The notes below the pieces were generated by a model that worked only from the letters and a program-made list of their open reading frames with translations, did no database searches and was not told the origin of the DNA. 64,000 bases of DNA. Source: Octopus sinensis. Lineage: Eukaryota. Within the stretch, counting starts at the first letter, position 1. Each line of letters opens with the position of its first letter. Both the position numbers and the translations under genes were made by a program. Below, piece after piece: positions 26,692 through 39,954 of the stretch. The DNA lies in NCBI RefSeq assembly GCF_006345805.1, contig NC_043000.1:76632001-76696000 (forward strand), in the 5' to 3' direction.

Positions 26692-28303
26692 TCATTCAGT
26701 AGTTTTATTTTTATAGCGTGCTTTCACTTCACTACCGAGCGCAGCTCTGTGTGCCTTGGGTATGTGCTGTGATTTGTTGTGATGCTCTGATGGTTATTGT
26801 ATGGAAAGTGTTCTGTGTAGGATGTGTGCAGTGCCTAGTAGTGCAATTTTCTGTATGTCATATGTGTTTGTAAGTCCTGGTGTTTTTGTTATATATTTGT
26901 CTGAATATTTTTTTATCATGCCTAATGCACCTACTATGATAGGAATTGTTTCTGTTTTTAGATTCCACATTCTGGTTACCTCTATTTCCAGGTCTTTGTA
27001 TTTTGAAAGTCTCTCCATTTCTTTTAGAGACACGTTATCATCTGCCGGTATTGATACATCAATTAGAAAGCATTTTTTTCTTCATGATCTCTGACAACTA
27101 TATCTGGTCTGTTGGCCTTAATTTCTCTATCTGTGTGTATCGGCATATCCCAGAGTACGGTTGCTTTCTCGTTTTCTGTGACCTTTTCTGGTGTGTGCCT
27201 ATACCATCTTTTTTCTGTTGTTATTCCATAATGTTGGCATAGCTTCCAGTGTATGTAGGTTCCAACTCTGTCATGTCTGTGAATATATTCCTTCTTAGCC
27301 AGGACTGGGCAGCCAGAGATAATATGATTTATTGTTTCTTGTCCATCTCTACATATTCTGCAGTTACTTGTTATATTTCTTTTCATTACATGTTTTTGGT
27401 AATTTCTGGTGGGGAGGCTTTGGTCTTGGGCTGCAATTAAAAATCCCTCTGTCTGTGCATTGAGTCCTGAGCTTCTCAACCATTGCTGGGATTTTTCTTT
27501 GTCTATTTCTTTTGCATTTAGTTTAGTCCAGTATTTACCATGAAGGGGCTTTTCTTGGCATCGTTTTATCATGGTTCTTTGCTGTTCTAGTTTTAGTTTC
27601 GATTTAATTTGTTTTATAGCTTTTGTTGTTTCTTCTTCTTCTTCTTCTTCTTCTTCTTCTTCTTCTTCTTTTCTTCTTCTTCTTCTTCTTCTCTTCTTCT
27701 TCTTCTTCTTCTTCTTCTTCTTCTTCTTCATATTTATTAGGTGATATGATTTCTTGTTTGTATTTGTCAGCTTCCTTAAATACTGAGAACAGTTTTTTGT
27801 TTTGCTCGTGTTTTGCCGCTGTTTGTATCAGTTTTCCTTCCTTCTGAAGTAGATATTTTTGAAGTCCTATGGTGGTTATTTTATAGTAGTTTTCCAGCTG
27901 TATAAGGCCTCTACCACCTTCTATACGTTGAATATATAGTCTTTCTATGTCAGATTTTGGGTGATGCATCCTAGATCCTGTCATTATTTTTCTTGTTTTC
28001 CTATCTATTTTGGTCAGTTCATTTAGTGTCCAGTTAAGGATATTGTAGCTGTAACTTATAACTGGGACAGCTAAAGTGTTAATACCTATTATCTTGTTTT
28101 TAGCATTGAGCTCTGTTTTTAGTATTGATCTAACTCGTCTATAATATTCTTTTTTATTTTCTCTTTCATTTGTGTGTGTTGTGTCTTATCTAGTTCATGG
28201 ATTCCTAAGTATTTGTAAGTTTGGCTTTGGTCTAATTCTCTTATTTCATTGGTTTTATCTAGTGTGATGTTGCTACTCTTAACCAGTTTTCCTCTTTTCA
28301 GGG

Positions 28304-28304
<1 letters not shown>
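26692..28304 (-). mobile_element. 5'-truncated R4/Dong-clade non-LTR retrotransposon (end of RT plus restriction-like endonuclease)
   Basis: TYKYLG, YYRRVRSILKTELNAKNK, HHPKSDIERLY..R..GGRGL, CRIC...ETINHIISGC, NRPDIVV, KYKDLEIEV, PIIVGALG motifs; 3' UTR ends in (TAA)n and both ends sit in (TAA)n, the known Dong target. Confidence 0.9.
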
Positions 28305-28360
<56 letters not shown>

Positions 28361-29679
28361 ACAGCCATCTGGCAGATTCGTAAGTAGGTCGGACAAAATG
28401 CTTAACGATATTTCTTCCGGTTTTTTACGCCCTAAGTTCAAATCCTACCGAGGCTGGCTTTGCCTTTCAACCTTCCGGGTTCAATGAACTAAAGTGCTTA
28501 TGAAGTAATGAATTCGATTTCATCCACATGCCTCCTTCCCTAAAGTTCAGGCCTTGTTCCTGTATTAGAAACAAGTGTGTAACAACATTTTTATCCCTTT
28601 TTGTTTTTCGTCAGAAAGTGTTATTTCCTATTTACTTCTATATAGAAATCAAAGGAAATGACTAGTATTCCCTTCAAACTTTGCTTTTGTGATCTGGACA
28701 TCAATGTTTTGAAATTGACCTATTTTCCATTACATTTCAAGACAGTTTCAGCGCCGAGTTGCTGAAGCGGAAATATCTTAGTCGCAAATACTCGCTTGTC
28801 AGCTGCTTGACCTTAACCACTTGAGCTTATTGTCACCCTTTAATGGCCGAGAATATGTGCATCTCTGATCACGAACAGGAATAGAAGGGGAGCATCATAG
28901 CCATGTGTTGAGAGGGATTCTTTGGGGTTTGAATATATGTAATAAAATCAAAGTTTGAAGGAAATATTAGCCATTTTTCATACTTTCTAGGAATAAGAAA
29001 ATAGGAAATAACTGTTGCTACTCAAAGACAGACAAAAATTATGTTACACAGTGTTATTATTATAATAGCAACGCTATCAATTATATTTATTCTTTTTAAT
29101 AGCTTTCAGTGAGCAGTTTGTTTTGTTCAACATCTTTCTGTAGAGTGTCCACTTCTTTTGGCAGTTATCATTTTTGGAAATAGATTTGAAGATGTTTTAG
29201 AGTTGATTTGTGTTAATCAAATTATTGTTGGAACATGATCGGAACTAATTCAATGTTAGCTAATATACTTTTTTATGAGCCCTGGATATCTACAGCGACT
29301 TCCGGGGTCACATGGTCCTGCTGTCCCCACCTCTCGTTAGGGCAATATTCATACTTCATATATATATATATATATATAATTTATGTGAAATAGAAAGATG
29401 AATAATCTTGTAGTAGATTAATCAAAAGTTTAACCGATACCTTAGTAGCAAAAATCACAGCAGTGAACAGCACGGTTGGAGGTACAACCATCTGGCGTTG
29501 CAACCGTGCGTTGGTGCGGATAATTGAAATTAAAACATTATTGGTGAATTGAAGAAATGGAGCTGAACGCAGATTGAACAGAAATCGTTACAGTTTCGCC
29601 ATGGGCTCTTAGGAGCACAGTTCGATTTGTTTTTTACTCTGCCTCTGTTCTGTTTTTGTTTTTCCAACGGATTTCCTTT

Positions 29680-29768
29680 TTTCTTCCTGAAGAGAAAGAC
29701 ACAATATGGTCCCATTATTCAATCGGATTTTGGTAATTTGTGCCTTTCGAAACACGTGTAGAATGAAA
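29680..29768 (+). ncRNA. Minimal type-I hammerhead ribozyme, canonical core
   Basis: TTC-CTGAAGA-GAAAG(a)CACAA...TTGTG(c)CTTTC-GAA-ACACGTGT-A-GAA; palindromic stem III, GUA site at 29760. Confidence 0.8.
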
Positions 29769-30959
29769 TAAAACGATTTCTGTTCAATCTGCGTTCAGCT
29801 CCATTTCTTCAATTCACCAATAATGTTATATATATATATATATATATACGTACATCCATCCGTCCATCCATCCATCCATCAACACGTACATACACACGCA
29901 TATACATAAATACCTACAAACACATATTTCTGTGTGTGTGAGTGTGTGTGTGTGTGAGTGTGTGTGTGTGTGTGTGTGTGTCTGTGAAACCTCCGATTAA
30001 TGACACATAGAAGTACAATATTTATACTCAGAAAATATATGTATTGTCTCGTTTCTTAAAACAAAAATCACATATACATATATCAATCACCAATTGATAG
30101 ATCAAATAGTTTTCTTACCCTTAACGTTGATATTACTTCAACATTGGTAAATTTTAGCTTTTGCCAACACCTTTATCACATTATTTAGTTATTATTTAAG
30201 AATCTAATTCTGTATATTTTTTTTCTTGACCTATTGTCCCCGACTCACACCTCTCTCTTTTTGGCCATTTTTCATTTTCTGTATTTATCCTATTGCCCTT
30301 GTCAATATGTTATGTCAATGCGCCTTTTGCCAATATAACTTATGAGAGTTTATAGAGGAAAGTACCCGTATTATATTTAATATGTTTTTAAGAGCATCTT
30401 ACATATGCATTATTAATATACAGTCTTATTCCCACTAGTTGCACAAATTAACCTGTGATGCAATATACAATAAATTTACCTCAGTTTATTCTGCAGTACA
30501 TCATGGTGTCAAACGAACATTACTATTACGTCTGTAACGTAAGAAATTTATGCAGACACACACATATTTATAATCAACGTATGCATATACATGCACAGGC
30601 ACGCGCACACACACACAACACACACACACACACACACACACCTACTCGCACGCAACCACACACACATACATGCATGCATATTGTATACTATTAATACTGA
30701 AGTGTTAATAATTCTATCTATAAATACTAATATTTTAGTAGGCAGTGTATTGAATAGGTGTGCATGGCTTTAGCTTTGGCATTTTATATTGGCCGCTTTC
30801 ACTTCTGCCTGCTCTATTTCCAAATATAGCTCTTTCAAAGAGTAATTAAGTAATATCTTTCTATTTGATTGAATGAGGGTATGAAAATATTAATTCTCAC
30901 CCCTCTATCTCCCCCTTTCTGTCTTTATATATATTTGTAACAGATACTTTCACGCACAC

Positions 30960-31020
<61 letters not shown>

Positions 31021-31066
31021 ACACACACACACACACATATATATTATATATATATATATATATATA

Positions 31067-32354
31067 CGAGGGACGTTCAATAAGTAATGTCTCTGACCCA
31101 CTTGCAGTTGTTTGATCTAGCTGAAATTTTGCATGTGCAATTATTTATATCTCTATAGAGTAAGTGGCAAATTACAGCTCCGAATTAATTGTGGTTTCTG
31201 ATTTACAGGTGTTTGAACCGAGTCAAGTGTGAAATGGAGCCTGTTGAGTGTCGAGCAGTGATCCGGTTTTTGTATTTGAAAGGACGCACACCACGGGAGA
31301 CTTTTGATGAAATGAAAGTAACTTATGGTGATGATGCCCCATCATATGACCTTGTAAAACGCTGGCATCGTGAATTCAAACATGGTCGGAACTCTGTGGA
31401 AACAGCTCCCAGATCTGGTCGCCCCTTCTGCCATTGATGAGGCATCTGTCCGTCAAGTTGAGGCTGCCATTTTGGAAGATCGACGCATAATTATTCGCCA
31501 AATAGCCCATGAGGTCAAGATTAGTACCGGGTCTGTGGAAACTATCATTCATGACCATTTGCATATGCAAAAGGTGTCTGCCAGATGGATTCCCAGGTTG
31601 CTCACGCCTTTCCAGAAGCAAGAGCGCGTCGAGTGCTCGAGGGTGAATTTGGAGATGTGACAAGAAGATGAGTCAAAATTTTTCAAAAGACTGATTACAC
31701 AGGATGAAACCTGGGTCCATCACGATGATCCAGAGACCAAAGCCCAGTCAATGCAGTGGAAGCACCGTGACTCACCCCCTCCAAAGAAGGCAAGGGTGCA
31801 GCCCTCTGCTGGCAAGGTCATGCTCACAGTCTTCTGGGACCAGGACGGAGTAGTGATGACAGATTTCCTGGCAAAGGGTACCACAATTGCAGGAGCTTAT
31901 TATGCTTCACTTTTGAGGAAATTAAGAGAAGCTATCAAAATTAAGAGGCGGGGCAAGATAGCAAAGGCATCCTTCTTCTGCAGGACAACGCTCCGGTCCA
32001 CAACTCGCTTGTCGCCAGATCAGAAGCACAGGCGTATGGCTATGAACTCCACCCCATCCACCTACTTTCCTGACCTTGCACCCTCTGATTTTCACCTCTT
32101 CCCAGTCATGAAGTTGTTTTTGAAAGGAAAGCGTTTCCCAGATGATGCAGCCTTGATTTCTGAAGTCACGTTTAGGTTGGAGGACCAAGCTGGGGTCTTC
32201 TACAAAAACGGTCTCCAGAGCTGCATAAAACAATGGGAGAAATGAGTAACTCTGGGTGGTTCCTATGTAGAAAAAGACTAATAACTGTGTCAAATTTCGT
32301 TGCTCTACTGCTATGGGAAGTGGGTCAGGAGCATTACTTATTGAACGCCCCTCG
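31067..32354 (+). mobile_element. Full-length mariner (DD34D, irritans/Hsmar2-like), degenerate
   Basis: TIRs CGAGGG(A/G)CGTTCAATAAGTAATG at both ends with TA duplications; MEPVECRAVIRFLYLKG, WIPRLLT, DETW, YFPDLAPSDFHLF motifs, with frameshifts and a stop. Confidence 0.95.
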
Positions 32355-32388
<34 letters not shown>

Positions 32389-32390
32389 TG

Positions 32391-32424
<34 letters not shown>

Positions 32425-32622
32425 TGTATGTATGTATATATGTATGTATGTATGTATACACACACACACACGCACATATATATACATATATATACATATA
32501 TATACAGATAATCAGCCGAAATTGCGAGGATGATCCGTTTCTTGACTGAAGATTGAAGGCTTCGAATATCCTGTCCGTGTTTTTTGTATCGTCTTCTAAA
32601 TGTTTGCGTTCTTGTCCCAGTT

Positions 32623-32667
<45 letters not shown>

Positions 32668-32693
32668 ATATATATATATATAATATATATATA

Positions 32694-32739
<46 letters not shown>

Positions 32740-33199
32740 GTATAAGTATGTACACACACACACACTACCGAAGAATGCCACCACTTTAAACTTAGTGATT
32801 TCGACAAGTTTTTAGGCTTTTATCTATCAACCAATTTGCTTATTGCCTATACATATGTCAATTTATTTCTATAATTGAATACATACACACGCACGCACAC
32901 ACGCACACGCACACACACAGACACACACACACAGACACACACAGACACACATTCTTCATTTGTGAATGAAGGCTACCATAGGTTTCGTGTTAAGAAAAGT
33001 AGGAAGATATCCTAGTGTCTTAACAATTTTTCAAATCAGTGACATGGAGAAAGGTGTTCGCCTCTATTTTGGGAAACACAGCCTCGTTTAGTTCCCGAAG
33101 ATTCACGTGAATTCACGTGAATAAAACAATGAATCAATGTTTCAAGGGACGTTACTCTTGAATTGCTTCTCTTGGATGTTTGCCTCCCTTGGATTTGTT

Positions 33200-35150
33200 T
33201 TTTGAGTAAATTGTTGTGTGGTCAATTTGTTTGCATTATTTAGTTTTTGTTTGGGTATTGTGCTCTTATACTTGTGTGTCGAGGTAGTTTGTCATTGGGT
33301 CATATTTCTCCTGTGTGTGGAGTTTGTGTGCTATGTGTGTTCAGATTTCACGTTTAGGAAAGGGGACATCCTGCTGGGATTACGTCGCAGATAGTGGCTC
33401 CTTGAAATATTTGAGTGTAAAATATGTCGTGTGTATGCAGGGGGAGAAGGTTTCATCCCTAATGTTTAGGTTGTTATCTGTTGATCGTATACTGTTTAAC
33501 TTTTCAGTAATACAAAGTTCACATGTGGTGCCCCGTGCTCTGTACTTTATGATTTTATTAATAATTTTCCATTCTGTCTGGAGGTTGCTTATTTTACCTT
33601 CTTTAAATGTCCATATCATATTTGACAGGGATGTTGCATGTACTTTAAAGAATTTTTTTATCTTTGAATGACGCCAGACGTTGCGTATACCTTTCCTTGA
33701 AGGCGTTGCACGTCATTCCAATGTACTTCGTTGCTATTCCGTTGGGGTCTGTGATCTTGGCCTTGTATACGAGTTCTTTCTCGAGACAGTTGTTGTTTAG
33801 AGGCCAGTGGTTTGGGGATCTACAGTTTCATTGTCTTACGGGGTTCATTGTCTTACGGTTTCTTGTGTGTTTATATTTATTGTGATTGAGTATTATTGAC
33901 CCTATATTGGGGAGGCAACTAGAGCTAACTTTAACGTTGAAGATCTTGTGATATTTGTGTGAATGTGGAAAGTGGTTGTCTATTAGTTTTAAAAACTTCC
34001 TAGCTATGTTAGTAGCTACATACATACTCTGTCTGCATCTTCTTGGTCTATTAATATTTGGTTCAATGTAGTATTCTTGAAGGTGGACCTTTCTAATGCA
34101 GCGTTATAATATAGGGTGACCTTTGAAAAGTATCTTTGTCGGCGGATAAATTGGAGACGCGCCTGAAAATGTTGTTAACCATTTGTCTAATTACTGCTGG
34201 TGGGTGGTTGAAACCTATGTCTATGTACAAGGCTTCCTCGTTTGGTTTGTGGTAGTGTTTAAATTTTTCTGAGTTATGATTCATGTTAATGTCTAGGAAG
34301 TTGACTTCTAATTGTGATTATTAGGCCTAAGTGGCTAAATATTTGGCATAATGTTTTCGCTATTCTATCTATCTCATGTCCGTTTTTATTGTACACTTCT
34401 CCCAGGCCATCGTCCCTATATAAACCTATGTTAGCTTCTTTTATTTCTTTTTTAAGGATGTCTTGGATATAAAGGCCTACAAGATCAGCTATCTCTACAT
34501 CGTCATAGCTCTCCATTTCCACCTCAAATCGCTCGTCTCCATTCTTTTTTTTACCCAATATAAATTATCATGAAAGAGTAATGGCTTTCTTGCGTTCAAA
34601 ATTATATCTATATCAGTATTTGTTATAGTGACATATGTCTTACTAAATTCAAGTGCCTTCTGAAGCAAGCTTTTGGAGATCGAGGGGTAGAACTCTACGA
34701 TATCGAACTATATAAATTTGCATTTAGATTTATCTTTTATTTTTTTTAATCATTCAAAAGTTCATAACTACTATTTCGCTTTTTGTGGGATTTATTAATC
34801 TACAGCTAGAATTTTGCGTGAGGTTATCTTTATGGTTTTTCAGAGTTACTAAAGGATTTCGTGGTATAAGTTTTTTGTACATTGTCTTCTGTTTTAAACT
34901 TTGTGGCTGAATTTTTGCTTCTATATTAATTGAATTATAAGTATTGGGGTTTGTTTTCTTGTATGTTTTAATTATGTTGCCGGCTAATAATTTGTTGTGT
35001 GTTTAGTTGTTTACTTCATAAATATTTTTTTGTTTTATCTGCTTTGATAAACATGTTTGTTGACGTTTTGAAAGGTTCGATGTGTGTCTGTAATGTGTTG
35101 GAACTTGTTGGATTTTGGGTTGAATTTTACATTTCTAACTAACTTTATAA
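33200..35150 (-). pseudogene. Decayed Penelope-like element (GLYRDDGL-type RT plus GIY-YIG)
   Basis: SYD..EIADLVGLYI, IGLYRDDGL, HKPN...YI....[28 protein letters not shown] motifs. Confidence 0.9.
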
Positions 35151-35319
35151 TATCGTCTTCATATATATATATATATATATATATGTTTATAGCCGTTTTT
35201 CATACTTTTTGCGCGTGTATGTGTGTTTGTGTGTGTTTGTGTGTGTGTGTGTGTGTTTGTGTTTGTGTGTGTCGGGGTCTGTATATGTAAATTATTCTCT
35301 GTTTTTATTATTACCACAG

Positions 35320-35441
35320 GAGCTGATGATGGATGGGAGCGATCAGTTGGATGAAACGACTAACAATCCCTTAGAAACAATGAATGGCTGTTTGAAACTT
35401 TTGCTTAGCCTGAAGGCCACTGAAGCTCTAGTGGAATCTGA
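35320..35441 (+). CDS. AGBL2/AGBL3-like: Exon of CCP2/3-like gene (C-terminal region)
   Basis: Acceptor ttattaccacag, donor gtgagt; phase 0 to 2. ELMMDGSDQLDETTNNPLETMNGCLKLLLSLKATEALVES(D). Confidence 0.8.
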
Positions 35442-35740
35442 GTGAGTCATATCATCTTCCTCATACACTTACACTACACCAAGTATATATTACACACACA
35501 TGCACATGAGTATGTAAAGCTTATAAGGTGACACGAGACTGTTTCTGTAATACATGATTCTTCTCTTTCTCAAGACAATTCGTGTTGTAATGTATGGGAG
35601 TAGGTATATTTGTATAACGGTCCCAGATTTCGGATACCATAGCGCATCACAATGAGAAGTGTCCTCTAACGAAGTTTTGGGTTGTCTAATTCCGTGTAGT
35701 TGGGATGTGTTCCAGATAATGTGTAATGAAAACCGTTATA

Positions 35741-35779
<39 letters not shown>

Positions 35780-36384
35780 GTTTATATATTTGTTGTGCAA
35801 GATTTTTTATGTGAAGTCGTGTGTTGAAACAGATATTGTTATGTTTCGGAATGGTCATTTTGCCAGTTTAGCTAATAAATAAATAACTATATAAGTTTTT
35901 TTTTAAATTTGAAAGTTTTTATTTATTTATTATTATTATTACTAGTATTCTTGTTATACATACATACATACAAGATTATGTAATGATAATAATAAGTGGA
36001 TATAAACACATGAATAACAACAAAAACAACAACAAAAACAAATTACATGAACGTATATAAACAGAATATAAACAGAAGATACAAATATTACAGGCACCCC
36101 CCCCCACACTAAATAAACATAGACGCACATACAGATATAGCATGCGCAAATGAAGACATACAATAAAAATACAAAATGGCTGACGGTTAGTAAGGAGAGA
36201 CACAAATAAGAAAGAAGAAAACAAAGGACCACTGATGCGGTCACAGGAGTGTGACGAAAGAACTCTGGCCGAAATAAGATTAAGATTAATGTAAAAAATA
36301 AGGAACACTGAAGCAAAGTAACACCAACTATATAGTGCGTGTGTTTTTATTGGCTAAACTGGCAAAATGACCATTCCGAAATAT

Positions 36385-36437
<53 letters not shown>

Positions 36438-36532
36438 ATATATTATATATATATATATATATTATATATATTATATATATAATATATATATATGTATGTA
36501 TATGTATATGTATATGTATATATATATATATA

Positions 36533-36843
36533 TTTCATTTTGGGATTTTTTTGCAAGATTCTTTATGTGAGTTCGTGTGTTGAAGCATATCTTGTTGCGT
36601 CTGGGGAGAGTTATTCTCTTTTCGTGCCTTATTATTTAACACACTCATCCGTAAAGTTTCCATTCATTTACTTATTTATTTTTCCTAAAATTTTCGTTGC
36701 GTCTTGCAACCTTTTTATTTGTTTGTGTGCATGTGTGGGGGTCACTGTGTGTGCGTATACACATACACATGTATTTATGTATGTTTGTATGTATGCATAT
36801 ATGTATGTATAAATGTATGTATGTATGTATGTATGTATGTATG

Positions 36844-36874
<31 letters not shown>

Positions 36875-37836
36875 GTATGCATGTGTGTATGCATGTATGT
36901 ATGTGTGTGAGTTTGCGTATGCATATATGTACGTGTGTACGTTTGTATGTACGTATTCTGCATATTCAAGTATTTTTGTTTGTTTGTTTGTGTTTGTGTG
37001 TTTTTATGTGTGTGTGTACATCTGTCTCCTTGTGTGTGCATGTCTGAGTGTGTCTGTGTGTATATAGATTTCTGTGACTGTGTACAGTGTCTGTATGTAT
37101 GGATGTGTATTTCCAAATGTGTGGACCCAACCCCAGACAAATACAGGAGTAAGTCTTCATAAATGGAACATTCCCATGTACTAAATAGATAATATACGTA
37201 GTAGGTAATTATACCCCCATACCCACAGTTTATATTTATATACAGGTAGAATAGTTAGTGGGCTGTTGTGTGTAGGTGGGTGTGTATGTGTTTGTGTGTA
37301 TGTATACATATATGCACATGTATGTAGGCAAATAGAGATGAATGTAAATATATAGACATATAGACGGATAGGTATATAGGTAAAATAAACAGACAAGTAC
37401 ACATACACACACATACGCAAATAAAGACTGAAACACATGACCATATACACACACACTTCACTTCACAAAAGGACACATATGGAGACACACATCCACTCAT
37501 ATGGAGATACACATCCATATATACAGACACAGTACTTAGTCACAAAAACCCGTACACACGCACAGACACACTCAGACAAGCACACAAAAGGAGACAGAGG
37601 TATACACACACACACACATGCAAACACACATAAAAACATACAGTGACCCATACACATGCGCACAAACAAACAAAAAGAAGCAGCTCGGATAACGGGTAGG
37701 GTCAACGACTATTGTAAAGGTTGCAAGACGCAACGAAAATTTTGGGGAAAATAAATAAGTAAATGAGTGGATACTTTACCGGTGTGTCTGTGTGTTAAGT
37801 AATAAGGCACTAAAAGAGAATGACTCTCCCCAGACG

Positions 37837-37842
<6 letters not shown>
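36533..37842. mobile_element. 5'-truncated copy of the 62501-64000 PLE family (37124-37842, +) preceded by an inverted copy of its 3' tail (36533-37123)
   Basis: 37124 onward reads DPTPRQIQE.VFIN, homologous to DPTLRQIREYVIIN, then the tail; the upstream part is the reverse complement of the tail. Confidence 0.85.
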
Positions 37843-37902
<60 letters not shown>

Positions 37903-37904
37903 CA

Positions 37905-37964
37905 CGAGGCGGTGCCGATAAGTTCCTGGTTTTGGGTAAAAGAAAATCCAGGAGGATCAGTTAA
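37905..37964 (+). mobile_element. Mariner-type terminal fragment
   Basis: CGAGGCGGTGCCGATAAGTTCCTGG resembles a mariner TIR; no transposase follows. Confidence 0.45.
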
Positions 37965-38483
37965 ACACGCATGGCGATAAATCAAACTTTTAAAATAATA
38001 ATACATATAACTACTACTAAATGTGTTGGGTGCCTTTTTCTTCCGTTTGTTCACTCACCCATACATACTCATCGCTAGAAAGAATCATTGAAATGAATCA
38101 TTGATAATGAAATATGATGTTCTTAAATGACTCTTGAGGCCCGCTAAAGATTTGCACATTTTATTGTATAATAAACAGTTGTGCCGGCTGGCAGAAGGAA
38201 CCGGTGCCACAGAATGTTCTTTAAATCCTCCAACTGAACGGCACACCTTTCCATTGGTTGCACATGTCCTGTTGTCAACAATAGTGTATCATAATTTACA
38301 AGGGGTCGATTACCATGGCTTCTTTTATGGCTGACCAGGCCTGCACGACTTAAGCGCGACTTAACCCAATAGGTTAAGCCCAAATCACCGATTTTTCGGT
38401 TTTCTCAACAATGGGTACATCTTTCGTCGATATACATTCGCGAATGATGTACACATTTGTTACAACCACCCTTATCATGTGTA

Positions 38484-38535
<52 letters not shown>

Positions 38536-38982
38536 CATGTGTGTGTAAATGTATGTATGTATTTACGTATGTTTGTATATATGTATGTGTATATAATAAA
38601 AGTAGACAGATTAGTTATCTAGCATTGCTACAATTCTTTCATTAGGAAAATACAATTAGTTAGATCGTATAATACGTTACAAAACTCCCAATCAAGCAAT
38701 CAGGTAAACAGGTGAGTAACGACTTGATAAAGCAACAAATTATCAATATGTGAAATTTCTAAGCAGAATACCAACATTTAAGAAATTTAAGGTCGTCTGC
38801 GAGCAGTCAATCAAGAAACGATAGTAGAATAAGTTCGCAAATATAAAGTCAATTATTAGGGGTATCTATAAGGAGTCATTAAACTTAGCAATATCGCTTG
38901 CAAAGGCGAGCAGAAACAGAAATTACTCAAATATAGTAGACAGCAGGCGTTCTCTCTCTTACACATAGATGCACACACATAC

Positions 38983-39020
<38 letters not shown>

Positions 39021-39258
39021 TAAAATAGAAAATAGATAAATTCTTGATCAACAACAAATTGACTACCATCGATTATTATTTTTCTTTTAAATACAAAACT
39101 TTATCCCCTCTAGCAGCTGCTTCTGCTTCCAATGTCCGACAGCGCTGCTAAGGAAAATTCTGAGAATAATATTCGTCATATTCTATAGCACGTACGATCT
39201 CGAACATGGAGTTTCGTCAGAGAGAAGAAAGATACATAAAATAAAAGAAAAGAAAAGA

Positions 39259-39320
<62 letters not shown>

Positions 39321-39620
39321 AATGGAGGCTTAATATAGTTGCATCATATCATTTAGCAGTGTAAATGACTAAACTATTTTTGTTATTGCATGTACCTTAT
39401 GAGCATAATATGCATGCATACGTATGCTCAGGGTTAACATAGGTAATTTATACTGGTAGTAAAACGGATATTTTTATCCCTTAGACGGTTATTCCAACCG
39501 CTAACTCTACTAACCTTATATATATATATATTAGTGTGTGTGTGGGTGTAACATACAGACATATATACATACATGCACACACATATACATATATATTGAA
39601 TATAATATATATATATGATA

Positions 39621-39662
<42 letters not shown>

Positions 39663-39779
39663 CATATATACATATATACATATGCGTTTAAGGTTACTTT
39701 TATAATAATCATTCGTTTATTTATCTTATCGAAACCAACCAATCAACCAACTATAAAATCAATCCCGATATAATAACAG

Positions 39780-39954
39780 TAGTTCCAGTGACAGCGACAG
39801 TGATACAGATTCCGAGATCAAACCTGAAGTCCAGAAGCCGCCTCAACGTCGACGAGAATCTCGCAAGAAAAGATCAAGATGTTTGCCACCGAGTGTTAAA
39901 ACGTCTTCTCTAAAAACTGCCTGGACGAAAGACTCTTCAAAGAAAAAGACGAAC
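39780..39954 (+). CDS. AGBL2/AGBL3-like: Exon of CCP2/3-like gene (acidic Ser/Asp then basic stretch)
   Basis: Acceptor aataacag, donor gtgagt; phase 2 to 0. SSSDSDSDTDSEIKPEVQKPPQRRRESRKKRSRCLPPSVKTSSLKTAWTKDSSKKKTN; an S/D-rich then K/R-rich tail is typical of CCP2/3. Confidence 0.8.

Noticed and set aside
33080-33150. CCGAAGA followed by palindrome TTCACGTGAATTCACGTGAA
   Set aside because: No GAAA/stem III in the correct order on either strand.
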